A DNA stretch of 64,000 nt. It comes from Alphaproteobacteria bacterium. GTDB taxonomy: Bacteria; Pseudomonadota; Alphaproteobacteria; SHNJ01. Under the pieces are notes generated by a model, which saw only the letters and a program-made list of their open reading frames with translations, had not been told where the DNA came from and did no database searches. The stretch is taken from positions 72,802 to 136,801 of the forward strand of contig SHNJ01000031.1 of the NCBI GenBank assembly GCA_004295055.1, in the 5' to 3' direction. This document shows, one piece after another, positions 39,701-49,821 of this stretch (positions are counted from its first letter, which is position 1; every line of letters starts with the position of its first letter). A program made the position numbers and the translations under genes.

Positions 39701-39888
39701 TTCATTCCTTTATCGGTCAGGCTTGATGTAAAGGATGAGCCGCCCCTTGTCAAATAATCCGAGATTGAAATTCCCCTCCCTTGGGGAGGGGCAGCGAAGC
39801 CATTTATGGCAAGCGGGGAGGGTAAGGCGTATAAGAACCTAACCCTCTCCGCAAGTGCTGCGCATTTGCACCTCCCCCAAAGAGGGAG

Positions 39889-39930
39889 GAAAATAAAAAA
39901 AGCCCCTCTCCGCAGGGGACGGAGAAGGGT
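39889..39930 (-). terminator. Rho-independent terminator downstream of hsp20, within a hairpin-rich spacer
   Basis: Minus strand reads CCCTTCTCCG-TCCCCTG-CGGAGAGGGG-CTTTTTTTATTTT. Confidence 0.6.
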
Positions 39931-39975
39931 TAAGGGAGAGAGCAAAAAGCATAACTCCCAATAGGGAATAGACGT

Positions 39976-40419
39976 TTAAGACTTTGTTTCGATTCTAATC
40001 TTGCGCGGTTCCGGCTTGATCTGCGCCAGTTTGGGAACTGTGATCTGCAATACGCCGTTTTTGAAATCGGCGGCGACTTTTTCCGCTTCAATGTGCTCTG
40101 GCAACTGCACGCTGCGTTCAAAGCTGCCATAAAAACTTTCGATGCGATGAAAGTTCTTGTCTTTGCTTTCTTTCTCCGCCTGCTTGGTACCTTTCACTGT
40201 CAAAAGCCCTTCGTGCAGGCTGACATCGATATCTTTTTCTTCGACGCCAGGCAATTCCACACTGACCTGATAATCCTTGGCGGTTTCCGCGATATTGATG
40301 CGCGGATTCCATCCGCTAGACTCGGTGCGCATCGGCGTAAAGAAATCTTCAAACATCCGATTTACCAGCGGCGACCAGGCATCTGTTTGCGACAAAGGGG
40401 TTAACATACGCAGTTTCAT
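39976..40419 (-). CDS. Small heat-shock protein, Hsp20/alpha-crystallin family
   Basis: 147 aa alpha-crystallin domain (…DYQVSVELPGVEEKDIDVSLHEGLLTVKG…FERSVQLP…). Confidence 0.85.
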   Translation of the reverse strand: MKLRMLTPLSQTDAWSPLVNRMFEDFFTPMRTESSGWNPRINIAETAKDYQVSVELPGVEEKDIDVSLHEGLLTVKGTKQAEKESKDKNFHRIESFYGSFERSVQLPEHIEAEKVAADFKNGVLQITVPKLAQIKPEPRKIRIETKS

Positions 40420-40577
40420 GATTTTTCTCCTCTTTCCATAATTAAATTCTTACGGCCTTTTTCGGCCTCACTGAAGAAATAAGAATTGGAAAAAGAGGTT
40501 ACAAGATAGCAAAAAATATATTTGCCTCCCTCTTGAAAAGCCGTAATTGGTGATTAACAAAAAAATTCTAGACAACG

Positions 40578-40606
40578 AAAAAGGCGGGCAATTGCTTGCC
40601 CGCCTT
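40578..40606 (-). terminator. Rho-independent terminator after aqpZ
   Basis: Minus strand reads GGCGGGCA-AGCAAT-TGCCCGCC-TTTTT. Confidence 0.7.
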
Positions 40607-40628
40607 TCGAATCTAGATCGTACTGCGA

Positions 40629-41333
40629 TTAGGCAGCGCGACGCGATTGCTGATTGGTGTTGCTGTTGTAGCCGCTGTTGCTCGAGGAGATCGAATCAGC
40701 AGTGAACAGAACGTTCGATACCAAACCAGCTACGATGGCGCCAACGAATGGGCCGATGATGTAGGTGGCAAGGTTCGAGAAATCGCCGCTCATGATTGCT
40801 GGAGCAATCGAGCGAGCTGGGTTCAGCGAAGCGCCGGTCAAGGAACCGATCAACAAGCCGCCCAATACCAGGGTGGCGCCGATCGCCAGGCCGTTGGCCG
40901 AGCGAGAGGTCGATTGGTGCGAAGTTACGCCCAAAACCGTCAATGCCAAGAAGAAGGTGGCAACGGCTTCTGCGGTGATCGCGGTAGCGGAAGCTACGGT
41001 TGGGGTGCTTACAGCGGCGGCAGCCGATGTGGAGAACAAGGTTTGGCAGATTACGATCGCCAAGAAAGCGCCAACCAATTGAGCAACCCAATAGGTTACC
41101 ATTTCAGTTGGGTTCAAGCGGCGCGATACGGTTGCGGCCAAGGTTACGGCTGGATTGAAGTGACCGCCGGAGATGCCGCCCAGGGCATATACCATGGTCA
41201 TCAAAGCCAGACCGCCAGCGATTGCTGGGATCAAGCCGGTGCTGCCGGCCAAAATGCTTCCGCAAATCAGCGCAACCAGCGTGAAAGTGCCGATAACTTC
41301 GGCGATAAAGATTTTGCTCGTGCTGTTATTCAT
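40629..41333 (-). CDS. aqpZ: Aquaporin Z (MIP family channel)
   Basis: 234 aa with six TM helices and two NPA boxes (GHFNPAVT, SLNPARS). Confidence 0.85.
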   Translation of the reverse strand: MNNSTSKIFIAEVIGTFTLVALICGSILAGSTGLIPAIAGGLALMTMVYALGGISGGHFNPAVTLAATVSRRLNPTEMVTYWVAQLVGAFLAIVICQTLFSTSAAAAVSTPTVASATAITAEAVATFFLALTVLGVTSHQSTSRSANGLAIGATLVLGGLLIGSLTGASLNPARSIAPAIMSGDFSNLATYIIGPFVGAIVAGLVSNVLFTADSISSSNSGYNSNTNQQSRRAA

Positions 41334-41762
41334 GTTTTAGCTCCTTACTTTTCTTGGGTTAGGGTTAAAAGCGCTCAGTCGATAACAGCAATGTTTTAAC
41401 CGAGCAGCCGTAACGAATCTGTGGCGACTGCCACCAATCCGCCAATAATGCGTAGCCCGGCACATGCCCGGATTTCCGGAGTAGCGCCTTGCCAGCAGAA
41501 TTCTTAGTGTTGCAAATGGACGTAATACAAATCCTCATATAACGCTATCTTGCCTTACCCTGTATCCTTGTGCTTTACCTTTAAAAGTAAGCTTTTATAT
41601 GGATTCTAAGGCCGAGAATAGGCATACCGTTTTCCTTGTCAACTATAAATAGCCACAATTTGTAAGCGGATTTTGGAGATTGTGGCATTTGTATGAGATG
41701 GTATTATCGCTACGATTTTATAAAAAACATCGCATTTTAAATAAGTTAAAGGATATTTCAGC

Positions 41763-42188
41763 ATGAAGGACTTTACCGCACCGCCGTGGATCCATTCGCA
41801 GTTGCGAAAAGACTGTTTGTGGGTAAAAGAACTACCTTGCTGCGAAGTATTACTTATGAATAACGCACATTGGCCTTGGCTGATTTTGGTTCCGCGTGAA
41901 CCTAACCTGATAGAAATTCAGGATATGGAATCGGAAATGCGCCACGCGGTGTTCGATGAAGTCAATTGGGCAGGCATCGTTTTACAAAAATTATTCAAGC
42001 CGAAAAAAATCAACACGGCGGCGCTGGGCAATATCGTATCGCAATTGCATATTCACGTGATCGCCCGTTTCGAATCGGATCCTGCCTGGCCAAAGCCGGT
42101 TTGGGGTTCGCCGGACAAAATGGAATATGATAATCCGCAAGAAGTCATAGCCAAATTGCAACAGGGATTTGAATCGATATTGGCGTAA
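41763..42188 (+). CDS. HIT-family hydrolase
   Basis: 141 aa with histidine triad HIHVIAR. Confidence 0.7.
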   Translation: MKDFTAPPWIHSQLRKDCLWVKELPCCEVLLMNNAHWPWLILVPREPNLIEIQDMESEMRHAVFDEVNWAGIVLQKLFKPKKINTAALGNIVSQLHIHVIARFESDPAWPKPVWGSPDKMEYDNPQEVIAKLQQGFESILA

Positions 42189-42431
42189 ATATTGATTCTA
42201 ATTCAGCTATTTGAATCTATATTCTTAACCATTTGTTAAATGTCCAAGACTAAATAGACATTAAATTTCAGCTGCTTTTTGCAGTGCAAATCATCAATTT
42301 GTCACATTAATAATTTATTATCATAAGTAAGATGTAATGAGTAATACCGCACCCTATATATAGGTTACGCTTATATAGAAGAGCGCAAAAATAAGAAACG
42401 CAGGATAGACGAAGAAAGGTAATGTAGTAGA

Positions 42432-43934
42432 ATGATTGATATGAGTAAGGTGAAGATAGGATTAGGCCCTATCTCGGTTTTTTGCGGGGCTTCAGAGTAC
42501 CCGTTCAGCGATAAAAATCCCCACCGTCAAGGCAACTTAAAACACCAGATTGAAATTGAAAAATTCGGCCAGATTCTGGCCATGGCCGGTATTCCGTTGA
42601 TCTGGGGCGCTGGGCAAACCGGATTGATGGGCGCGGTATCGCGTTCGGTCATTCAGCACGGCGGCATTGCCGTCGGTGTTTCCACGCAACATTTGGTCAA
42701 TGGCAAAGAAGGCGCGCAGCCAGGCATTACCACATTATTGATCGCCGATTCGATGCAATCGCGCAAAATGGCGTTCGCGCGCCTGTCGCGGGCTTTTGTG
42801 ATTTTTCCAGGCGGTATCGGCACATTTGACGAAGTTACCGAATATTTGCTGGAACGCGAAAATGGCGAACACAGCAAGCCATTGGTGATCGTCAATATCG
42901 ATGGGTTTTACAAACCCTTGCTGGATTATTTCGATCATCTGGTCGAACGCAAATACATGACGGCGGATGCGCGCGACATGTTGATCGTGGTCGACAAGGC
43001 CGAGGAAATTTTGCCGGCGATCATGTCGGAATTTGAAAATCCGAAAAAACACGATTTGAAAAAACGCAAATTGTACAAATCCAGCGAAACTTTGCTGGGC
43101 CAGCACAATCAGATTATTGTGCGCCGCCATTTGGGCAAATTGCCGATTGGCCGTCACAACTATCCAAAAGGCAGCTTGGGCGCCGGTTCCGTAGCCTTGG
43201 TTTGCGGCGGTATCGACGATGCGTTGCACGATCCGCGCAACAACCCCCATAAAAAAGCGATTGCGGAACTTGTGAAATTATTGGCGGCGGAAAAATTGCC
43301 GCGCCTGATTCATTCCGGCCAGATCGGCGGATTGAAAGGCTTGGTCGGACAGCTCGCCCGCGCGCACGGAATATACGATCTTGGCATAACCACCCGCTTT
43401 TTAGAAGAAAACGGCCAGGCCGATACCGAAGCGCATAGTTTGCTGATCGCCGATAACGAACAATCGGCCGAATTTGCGATTAAAAATTTGGTCGATGCTG
43501 TGATCATCGGTCCGGGAGCAATCGACAGTTTGGAAAAATTGTCCGATTACCTGACCGAAGTCGATATCAAAGAATCGAATCAAAAACTGGTCATCTTTAA
43601 CGTCGACGGACATTATGACGGATTGGTGGAATATTTCCGCTATCTGATCAGCCGCGGATATTTCGCGCCAGCCGCGCTGGATAAATTGGTGATTGTGAAA
43701 ACAGCCGCCGAAGTGATCGATGCTTTGAAACGGCCCATCGCGCAAACCGACCCAAGCCTGATGACCAAAGCCGATTTGGTGGCCGTACAGGGTATCAAAT
43801 TGCTGCAAACCGAACATAACCCGACGAAGGCCCATGACACCGGCACGCCATATCCGCGTTATGTCTTAACATCAGAAAATATCAATAAGCTTATGATATC
43901 ATTGGGTTTAGTCGCGCCAGAGGCGAATCCGTAA
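42432..43934 (+). CDS. Tandem LOG-family (TIGR00730-like) fusion protein: N-terminal canonical LOG domain plus C-terminal degenerate LOG-like domain
   Basis: Domain 1 has GAGQTGLMGAVS… and PGGIGTFDEVTE. Domain 2 (about residues 240-430) repeats the pattern with weakened motifs (VCGGIDD…, GPGAIDSLEKL). Confidence 0.6.
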   Translation: MIDMSKVKIGLGPISVFCGASEYPFSDKNPHRQGNLKHQIEIEKFGQILAMAGIPLIWGAGQTGLMGAVSRSVIQHGGIAVGVSTQHLVNGKEGAQPGITTLLIADSMQSRKMAFARLSRAFVIFPGGIGTFDEVTEYLLERENGEHSKPLVIVNIDGFYKPLLDYFDHLVERKYMTADARDMLIVVDKAEEILPAIMSEFENPKKHDLKKRKLYKSSETLLGQHNQIIVRRHLGKLPIGRHNYPKGSLGAGSVALVCGGIDDALHDPRNNPHKKAIAELVKLLAAEKLPRLIHSGQIGGLKGLVGQLARAHGIYDLGITTRFLEENGQADTEAHSLLIADNEQSAEFAIKNLVDAVIIGPGAIDSLEKLSDYLTEVDIKESNQKLVIFNVDGHYDGLVEYFRYLISRGYFAPAALDKLVIVKTAAEVIDALKRPIAQTDPSLMTKADLVAVQGIKLLQTEHNPTKAHDTGTPYPRYVLTSENINKLMISLGLVAPEANP

Positions 43935-44014
43935 GTCCCATAAATTTCATATAAATTTAGGTTGCGTTTTTTTATTGCTCATGATAATCCCTTAGGGAAA
44001 TATAAGGGACGAAG

Positions 44015-45544
44015 ATGGGCAGAAAGACCGATACCGCGCGTTTAGCCGCAACTATTCCATGGGCCGTTTATGGCTCCGCCAGTTATGGGCCGAGTGTTGT
44101 AGAAGCTTACTTTGATCATGCAAGATGCCAGCAAGATACTAGGGATTTTTCGCGAGTATCCTATGAATTAGGCTGCCGCAATCATGTTACTGGCGGCGGC
44201 GGATTTTTCGACAGTATGATGCATTTGGCATGCGAATCGTTTCAAACGCTGGGCGGTAAAATGTGGGTTATTACCACTCCTTATATCATTAATTTTGAAG
44301 GCGTTTATCCAGGTCCGGAAATGGTTTACGTCGCCGAAGAAGGCGGCTTTCCAATTCGCAAGGCCGGATTTTCTTTGGCGTTAGCACATCATTGCAATCG
44401 CGCTGGGCCTGGAACACTGGACGAATTGACACAAATTATCGAAGCGATGGTTTATGGCGAAATGCATCCACGGACTGTTTTGTCTTTGGTCAATCGGCAT
44501 GGCTTTTATAACTCAACGATGAGGCACCTAAGTGAATCCGAAGCTTTGGGATATCTGCCAGAAGGTTTTTGTAATCGTATCATTCAAGGTGGTAATGGTG
44601 AAAATGCCGCGGTTGCTGTGCACGAACGCTTGATGCGAACACCAAGAAAAATATTGCGTGATATGTGCCGATATTATCCGGATTATGTGGGCGCATCGGC
44701 AGGACATATTGTGCACTTGGAAAATGGTAACCGAGAAAACAGATCCTGGGTTAACAATTTAAAACAGTCGCTAGAAACACCCACAGTAGCATTGGTTACA
44801 GGCCGTCCTATTGATAAAAAAGATCCGGCTAAACGTAAAAGACGCCACGAATTGATAGAAAAAATGAATATTCGCGGATTGTTAGAGCAATTAAAAGCAA
44901 ATGCTCCAGGGGTTCGAGTCCTTTATGTTAATGAGAACACTAAATTGACAAGGGATATTGTATATCATTGCCGGGCTTTAGGAATTAGAACTCTGGGATT
45001 GCAAGGTGAAGGAAATGGTAATAGAGCTAGATTAATCCATGATTCCGGCAGCACAAAAATGGTAGCAAATGCGCACGTATTAGATCATGCGCTTTTGGAA
45101 ATGGCGGATATCGTTGTTCCGTTGGATCATAGTATGCGTGCTCTCAGTGTTTGGTGGCAGGCGATGGTCTATGCCAATATTAAAGATCCCACTTTCAATA
45201 AAAAAGAAGTTTGGCTTTATGATCCACGCGCTTCCGGCGTTCATAGGCATACCAGAAAACAGTCTGAGACTATGATTCGCATGGGTACCATGAATCAGAA
45301 AACCTGGGATGTGGTTGCGACATTAGGTACTCCCGAAGAGGCAGGCGCTGAAATTGCTAGATTTTGCATAGGGGAGGGGCGGCGATATAACGTAGCGCAT
45401 TTTCCCCCACCCCCGCAGGAGAAAATTAGGCACTTAGCAATACCGGATGCTTCAAAAATTCGTACAATAACCCCTGAAACATTAGGGGAGTTATCCCGGT
45501 TCCTGCGCCGCCCTGTGGTGCAAGCCTTGGGTAGAGGAAGATAG
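44015..45544 (+). CDS. Hypothetical protein (509 aa)
   Basis: Long ORF with no confidently recognised domain. Confidence 0.45.
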   Translation: MGRKTDTARLAATIPWAVYGSASYGPSVVEAYFDHARCQQDTRDFSRVSYELGCRNHVTGGGGFFDSMMHLACESFQTLGGKMWVITTPYIINFEGVYPGPEMVYVAEEGGFPIRKAGFSLALAHHCNRAGPGTLDELTQIIEAMVYGEMHPRTVLSLVNRHGFYNSTMRHLSESEALGYLPEGFCNRIIQGGNGENAAVAVHERLMRTPRKILRDMCRYYPDYVGASAGHIVHLENGNRENRSWVNNLKQSLETPTVALVTGRPIDKKDPAKRKRRHELIEKMNIRGLLEQLKANAPGVRVLYVNENTKLTRDIVYHCRALGIRTLGLQGEGNGNRARLIHDSGSTKMVANAHVLDHALLEMADIVVPLDHSMRALSVWWQAMVYANIKDPTFNKKEVWLYDPRASGVHRHTRKQSETMIRMGTMNQKTWDVVATLGTPEEAGAEIARFCIGEGRRYNVAHFPPPPQEKIRHLAIPDASKIRTITPETLGELSRFLRRPVVQALGRGR

Positions 45545-45609
45545 CGTTACACTGGACAATTACCGGTTTTTATGAAATAACTAAAAGCTTGTAATCACAA
45601 GGTTATTTC

Positions 45610-46920
45610 ATGCGTCTATCTCAATATTTTCTGCCCACCTTAAAAGAAACCCCGTCCGAGGCACAGATTGTCAGCCATCGTTATATGCTGCGCGCCGGGA
45701 TGATCAAACAAGCCAGCGCCGGAATTTATTCCTGGCTGCCGCTGGGTTTCCGTGTTTTGAAAAAAATCGAACAAATCGTGCGCGAGGAACAAGACGCTGC
45801 CGGCGCGATTGAAATGTTGATGCCGACGATTCAATCCGCCGATTTGTGGAAACAATCCGGCCGGTATGAAGCCTATGGTGCGGAAATGTTGCGCATCACC
45901 GACCGGCATGATCGCGAAATGCTGTACGGTCCAACCAACGAAGAACAATTGACCGAAATTTTCCGCGATCTGGTTAAAACATACAAAAACGCCGGAAAAA
46001 TTCTGTATCACATCCAATGGAAATTCCGCGACGAAGTTCGTCCGCGTTTCGGTTTAATGCGCGGCCGCGAATTTTTGATGAAGGATTCTTATTCGTTCGA
46101 TCTGGATTACGCATCCGCGCGCCATTCGTACAATAAAATGTTTATCTCGTACCTGCGCACCTTCGCGCGGTTGGGCATGAAGGCGATTCCGATGCGCGCG
46201 GCAACCGGCCCAATTGGCGGCGATTTAAGCCACGAATTCATTATTCTTGCCGAAACCGGCGAATCCGAAGTTTTCCTCGATAAGAAACTGCTGGATAAAG
46301 ATCCATTGACCAGCGGTGTCAATTACGATGCGGATTTAAGCGCCCAGGTGGAAAGCTGGACATCGCTGTATGCCGCGACGGATGAAAAACATGATCCGGG
46401 CAATTGTCCCGTAACGCCGGCCGATTTGATCAAATCGCGCGGCATCGAAGTCGGCCATATATTTTATTTCGGCACCAAATATTCCCTGCCCATGAAGGCT
46501 ATCGTCGATGGCCCGAACGGCAAACCCGTGGTTCTGGAAATGGGATCGTATGGTATTGGCGTATCGCGCCTGGTGGCGGCGATTATCGAAGCCAGCCACG
46601 ACAAAGACGGGATTATCTGGCCGGAATCGGTCGCTCCGTTCAAAGTCGGCTTGTTGAATTTGAAACAGGGCGATGCGGCGTGCGATGCGATGGCGAATAA
46701 ATTGGCCGCTTTGTTTGAATCGGCCAATATCGAATATTTATACGATGACCGCGATGAACGCGCCGGATCGAAATTGGCGGATATGGATCTGATCGGACTG
46801 CCATGGCAAGTCATTGTCGGCCCGCGCAGCGTGGGATCGGGCATGGTGGAATTGAAAAACCGCCGCACCGGCCAGCGCCAGGAAATCTTGCCGGAACAAG
46901 CCTTGGCGAAATTGGTTTAA
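45610..46920 (+). CDS. proS: Prolyl-tRNA synthetase (short, editing-domain-less type)
   Basis: 436 aa class II aaRS core plus anticodon-binding domain. Characteristic N-terminus [32 protein letters not shown]. Confidence 0.9.
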   Translation: MRLSQYFLPTLKETPSEAQIVSHRYMLRAGMIKQASAGIYSWLPLGFRVLKKIEQIVREEQDAAGAIEMLMPTIQSADLWKQSGRYEAYGAEMLRITDRHDREMLYGPTNEEQLTEIFRDLVKTYKNAGKILYHIQWKFRDEVRPRFGLMRGREFLMKDSYSFDLDYASARHSYNKMFISYLRTFARLGMKAIPMRAATGPIGGDLSHEFIILAETGESEVFLDKKLLDKDPLTSGVNYDADLSAQVESWTSLYAATDEKHDPGNCPVTPADLIKSRGIEVGHIFYFGTKYSLPMKAIVDGPNGKPVVLEMGSYGIGVSRLVAAIIEASHDKDGIIWPESVAPFKVGLLNLKQGDAACDAMANKLAALFESANIEYLYDDRDERAGSKLADMDLIGLPWQVIVGPRSVGSGMVELKNRRTGQRQEILPEQALAKLV

Positions 46921-46985
46921 AAATTAACCAATTATTTTTGGGGATGCTCTTGCGGATGGTAAAATGCCTTCCCATATAATGCCCT

Positions 46986-47702
46986 ATGACCCAATTATTA
47001 TACCTTGAAGATTCTTATATTTTTTCTGGAGCCGGCACGGTGACCGAGACCGGCGAAGATGAGCGCGGTACGTATGTGACTCTGGATCAAACCGTCTTAT
47101 ACCCCCAAGGAGGTGGCCAGCCCGCCGACCAAGGCGAATTGATTTGGGATGGTAATATCGCGGCCGTTAAATTTGTGGGATTTGTAGACGGACATGTGCG
47201 GCATTACTTCGATAGAAATCAATTGCCGCCAACAGGAACCAAGGTTGAAATTCGGGTGAATGAGTTGCTACGCCGCCGCAATTGCCGCGGACACACGGCG
47301 GGGCATTTGGTCGCACATGTAGCCGAATCCTTATTTCCGCGAATCATCGCCACCAAAGGCTATCATTTTGCCGATGACCCGCATGTGGAATGCGCCAATG
47401 TAGAACCGCCATCTGATGAAAATGCGATTGCCAGGATTAACGAGCAGCTCGCCAAATGCATCAACGACAATATGCCGGTAACATCAATGATCTTATCGTT
47501 CGATGAATTGCGGCAAATGTGTCCGCATGTGCCTGCCAATCTGCCCAAAGATAAACCGCTGCGCGCGGTGCAAATCGGCGATTTCCCACCGGTTCCGTGC
47601 GGCGGCACGCATGTAAAATCCCTATCGGAATTGGGTCCCGTAACAGTTGCCAAAATTAAAGGCAAAAAAGGCAATACCAAAATCAGCTATTCTTTTGAAT
47701 AA
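46986..47702 (+). CDS. AlaX-like aminoacyl-tRNA editing protein (Ala/Thr-tRNA synthetase second additional domain)
   Basis: 238 aa with Zn-binding HxxxH (TAGHLVAH) and CxxxH (CGGTHV) motifs. Confidence 0.75.
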   Translation: MTQLLYLEDSYIFSGAGTVTETGEDERGTYVTLDQTVLYPQGGGQPADQGELIWDGNIAAVKFVGFVDGHVRHYFDRNQLPPTGTKVEIRVNELLRRRNCRGHTAGHLVAHVAESLFPRIIATKGYHFADDPHVECANVEPPSDENAIARINEQLAKCINDNMPVTSMILSFDELRQMCPHVPANLPKDKPLRAVQIGDFPPVPCGGTHVKSLSELGPVTVAKIKGKKGNTKISYSFE

Positions 47703-47754
47703 GGGATGGCTTAATATTCTTTACAGCCTGGTATCTTGGCTTTAGACTCTTGCT

Positions 47755-49008
47755 ATGTTCCCAGCCTTTGAACGCCTTATCGCATTTCGTTATTTACGGC
47801 CCAGCCGGTCGGACCGGTTTGTGTCGGTCATCACCGGGTTTTCTTTTCTTGGCATCATGCTGGGCGTTGCGACGTTAATCGTCGTGATGGCGGTGATGAA
47901 TGGATTCCGCCAGGAATTATATTCCAAAATTCTCGGCCTCAATCCCCATATTTCTATCTATCATCAAACCGATCAGGGCACCGCGCCGCTGCAAGATTAT
48001 GAAAAGTTGCTGAAACAAATTCAGACCATGGATCATGTCGATTCCGCCTATCCAGTCGTGGAAGGCCAGGCGATGTTATCGTTCCGCGGCAAAAGCCAGG
48101 GAATTATGGTGCGCGGCGATGATCCGGCCGATTTTCTAACCCGCCCGATTTTCAGCCATTCGACCCAAGGCAATATCGCGGATTTAGAGGCCGAAGGCAC
48201 GATCATGATCGGCCAAAAACTGGCGCGGCGACTGGGTATTAAAATAGACGACAAAATCAGCTTGCTGTCTCCAAAGGGGCAAGTGACCGTATTCGGCACC
48301 ATGCCAAAACTGCAAAGCTTTACGGTAGTGGCGATATTCAATATCGGCATGTATGAATTCGATAATGGGTTAGTGTATCTGTCGCTGAAAAACGCGCAGG
48401 ATTTTTTCGGTTATGGCATCGGCGTCAGCGCGATTGAAATTACCACCAACGATCCGTTCAATTTAAATCCTGTTAAGACGGCAATATTCCCGATTCTGCC
48501 GGATGATGCGCAAATGACCGATTGGCAACGCGCCCATGCCTCGTTCTTCAACGCGATCGAAGTCGAACGCAATGTCATGTTTTTGATTTTAACTTTAATT
48601 ATCGTCGTTGCCGCGTTTAACATTATTTCCGGCCTGGTGATGCTGGTAAAGGACAAAGGATCGTCGATTGCGGTGCTGCGCACCATGGGCGCCAGCCGCA
48701 TGTCGATTATGCGGATTTTCTTTTTATCCGGCGTCAGTATCGGTGTTGTCGGCACGATTTGCGGCCTGATTCTGGGTATTGCCTTTGCCGATAATATCGA
48801 ATCGATCCGCCAGTTTTTCGAAAGCCTGTCGGGCACTAACCTGTTTAACGAAGAAATTTATTTCTTATCGAAATTGCCGGCCGAAATCGATTGGTCCGAA
48901 GTGATATCGGTAACCGCAATGTCGCTAGGATTGTCGATTCTTGCCACGCTTTATCCATCCTGGCGCGCGGCGCGATTGGACCCGGTCGAGGCGTTGCGAT
49001 ATGAATAA
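47755..49008 (+). CDS. lolE: Lipoprotein-releasing system permease LolC/LolE
   Basis: 417 aa. FtsX-like N-terminal TM, large periplasmic loop, three C-terminal TM helices. Followed by lolD. Confidence 0.8.
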   Translation: MFPAFERLIAFRYLRPSRSDRFVSVITGFSFLGIMLGVATLIVVMAVMNGFRQELYSKILGLNPHISIYHQTDQGTAPLQDYEKLLKQIQTMDHVDSAYPVVEGQAMLSFRGKSQGIMVRGDDPADFLTRPIFSHSTQGNIADLEAEGTIMIGQKLARRLGIKIDDKISLLSPKGQVTVFGTMPKLQSFTVVAIFNIGMYEFDNGLVYLSLKNAQDFFGYGIGVSAIEITTNDPFNLNPVKTAIFPILPDDAQMTDWQRAHASFFNAIEVERNVMFLILTLIIVVAAFNIISGLVMLVKDKGSSIAVLRTMGASRMSIMRIFFLSGVSIGVVGTICGLILGIAFADNIESIRQFFESLSGTNLFNEEIYFLSKLPAEIDWSEVISVTAMSLGLSILATLYPSWRAARLDPVEALRYE

Positions 49009-49112
49009 TGGGTATTGGGTACTGGGTATTGGGTTCAGGGAAAAATTTTTCTTTCCCCCGGTGCTCGTTGGCGAAATCCCAAACCCCAAACCCCAAACCC
49101 CAAAACCCTTTT
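49009..49112. repeat. G-rich/C-rich palindromic intergenic element (family copy 1)
   Basis: GGGTATTGGGTACTGGGTATTGGGTT … AATCCCAAACCCCAAACCCCAAACCCCAAAACCC. Other copies at 58024-58127 and 61337-61411. Confidence 0.7.
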
Positions 49113-49113
49113 T

Positions 49114-49821
49114 ATGCTGAAACTCATCGACATTCATCATTCCTACCGCCAAGGCGATCAAAGCCTTGAAATTCTGCGTGGCGCCAGTTTGCATGTGAAA
49201 CGCGGGGAAATGGTTGCGCTGGTGGCGCCAAGTGGCACGGGTAAATCGACCTTGCTGCATATCGCCGGATTGTTGGAATCCCCGACCAGTGGCGAGATTA
49301 TGATCGATAATGCTTCTTGCGCGAATTTATCGGACCGCAAGCGGTCGGCGATGCGCGCCGAGAAAATCGGGTTCGTTTATCAATTCCATCATTTGCTGCC
49401 GGAATTCAGCGCGATTGAAAATATTATGCTGCCGCAAATGATTGCGGGAATATCTTCGCCTATGGCTAAACAACGTGCCGCTATTTTATTGGACCGGGTG
49501 GGGCTTGGCGCGCGCGCCGCGCACCGGCCGATGCAATTGTCGGGCGGCGAGCAACAGCGCGTTGCTATTTTGCGTGCGCTGGCCAATGATCCAAAAATTC
49601 TGCTGGCGGACGAACCGACTGGCAATTTGGATATCGCCACCGGCGATCTGGTGTTCGATATGATGCGTGGCTTTGTGCAGAACGGCAATATGGCGGCGTT
49701 GATCGTCACGCATAATCTGGATCTGGCCAAGAAAATGGACCGGATTTACACGATTCGCCAAGGCCGCGTAGAACTTATGGAAGCTCCATCATTAAAAGTT
49801 TACTCGCAAGCGCCAGCATAG
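49114..49821 (+). CDS. lolD: Lipoprotein-releasing system ATP-binding protein LolD
   Basis: Start moved to MLKLIDIHH (the track's 49015 TTG start lies inside the palindromic repeat). Walker A GTGKST, signature LSGGEQQR, Walker B LLADEPTGNLD. Confidence 0.85.
   Translation: MLKLIDIHHSYRQGDQSLEILRGASLHVKRGEMVALVAPSGTGKSTLLHIAGLLESPTSGEIMIDNASCANLSDRKRSAMRAEKIGFVYQFHHLLPEFSAIENIMLPQMIAGISSPMAKQRAAILLDRVGLGARAAHRPMQLSGGEQQRVAILRALANDPKILLADEPTGNLDIATGDLVFDMMRGFVQNGNMAALIVTHNLDLAKKMDRIYTIRQGRVELMEAPSLKVYSQAPA

Noticed and set aside
49015-49113. N-terminal extensions of lolD (49015), tsf (58048) and uppS (61333) in the ORF track
   Set aside because: The extensions are translations of the G/C-rich palindromic repeats, using TTG or other alternative starts. 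The conserved protein N-termini with RBS begin at 49114, 58132 and 61414.
48845-49260. Antisense ORFs 48845-49096, 48925-49260 and 57598-58107 encoding GFGVW… peptides
   Set aside because: They are artefacts of the palindromic repeats and overlap well-supported genes on the other strand.
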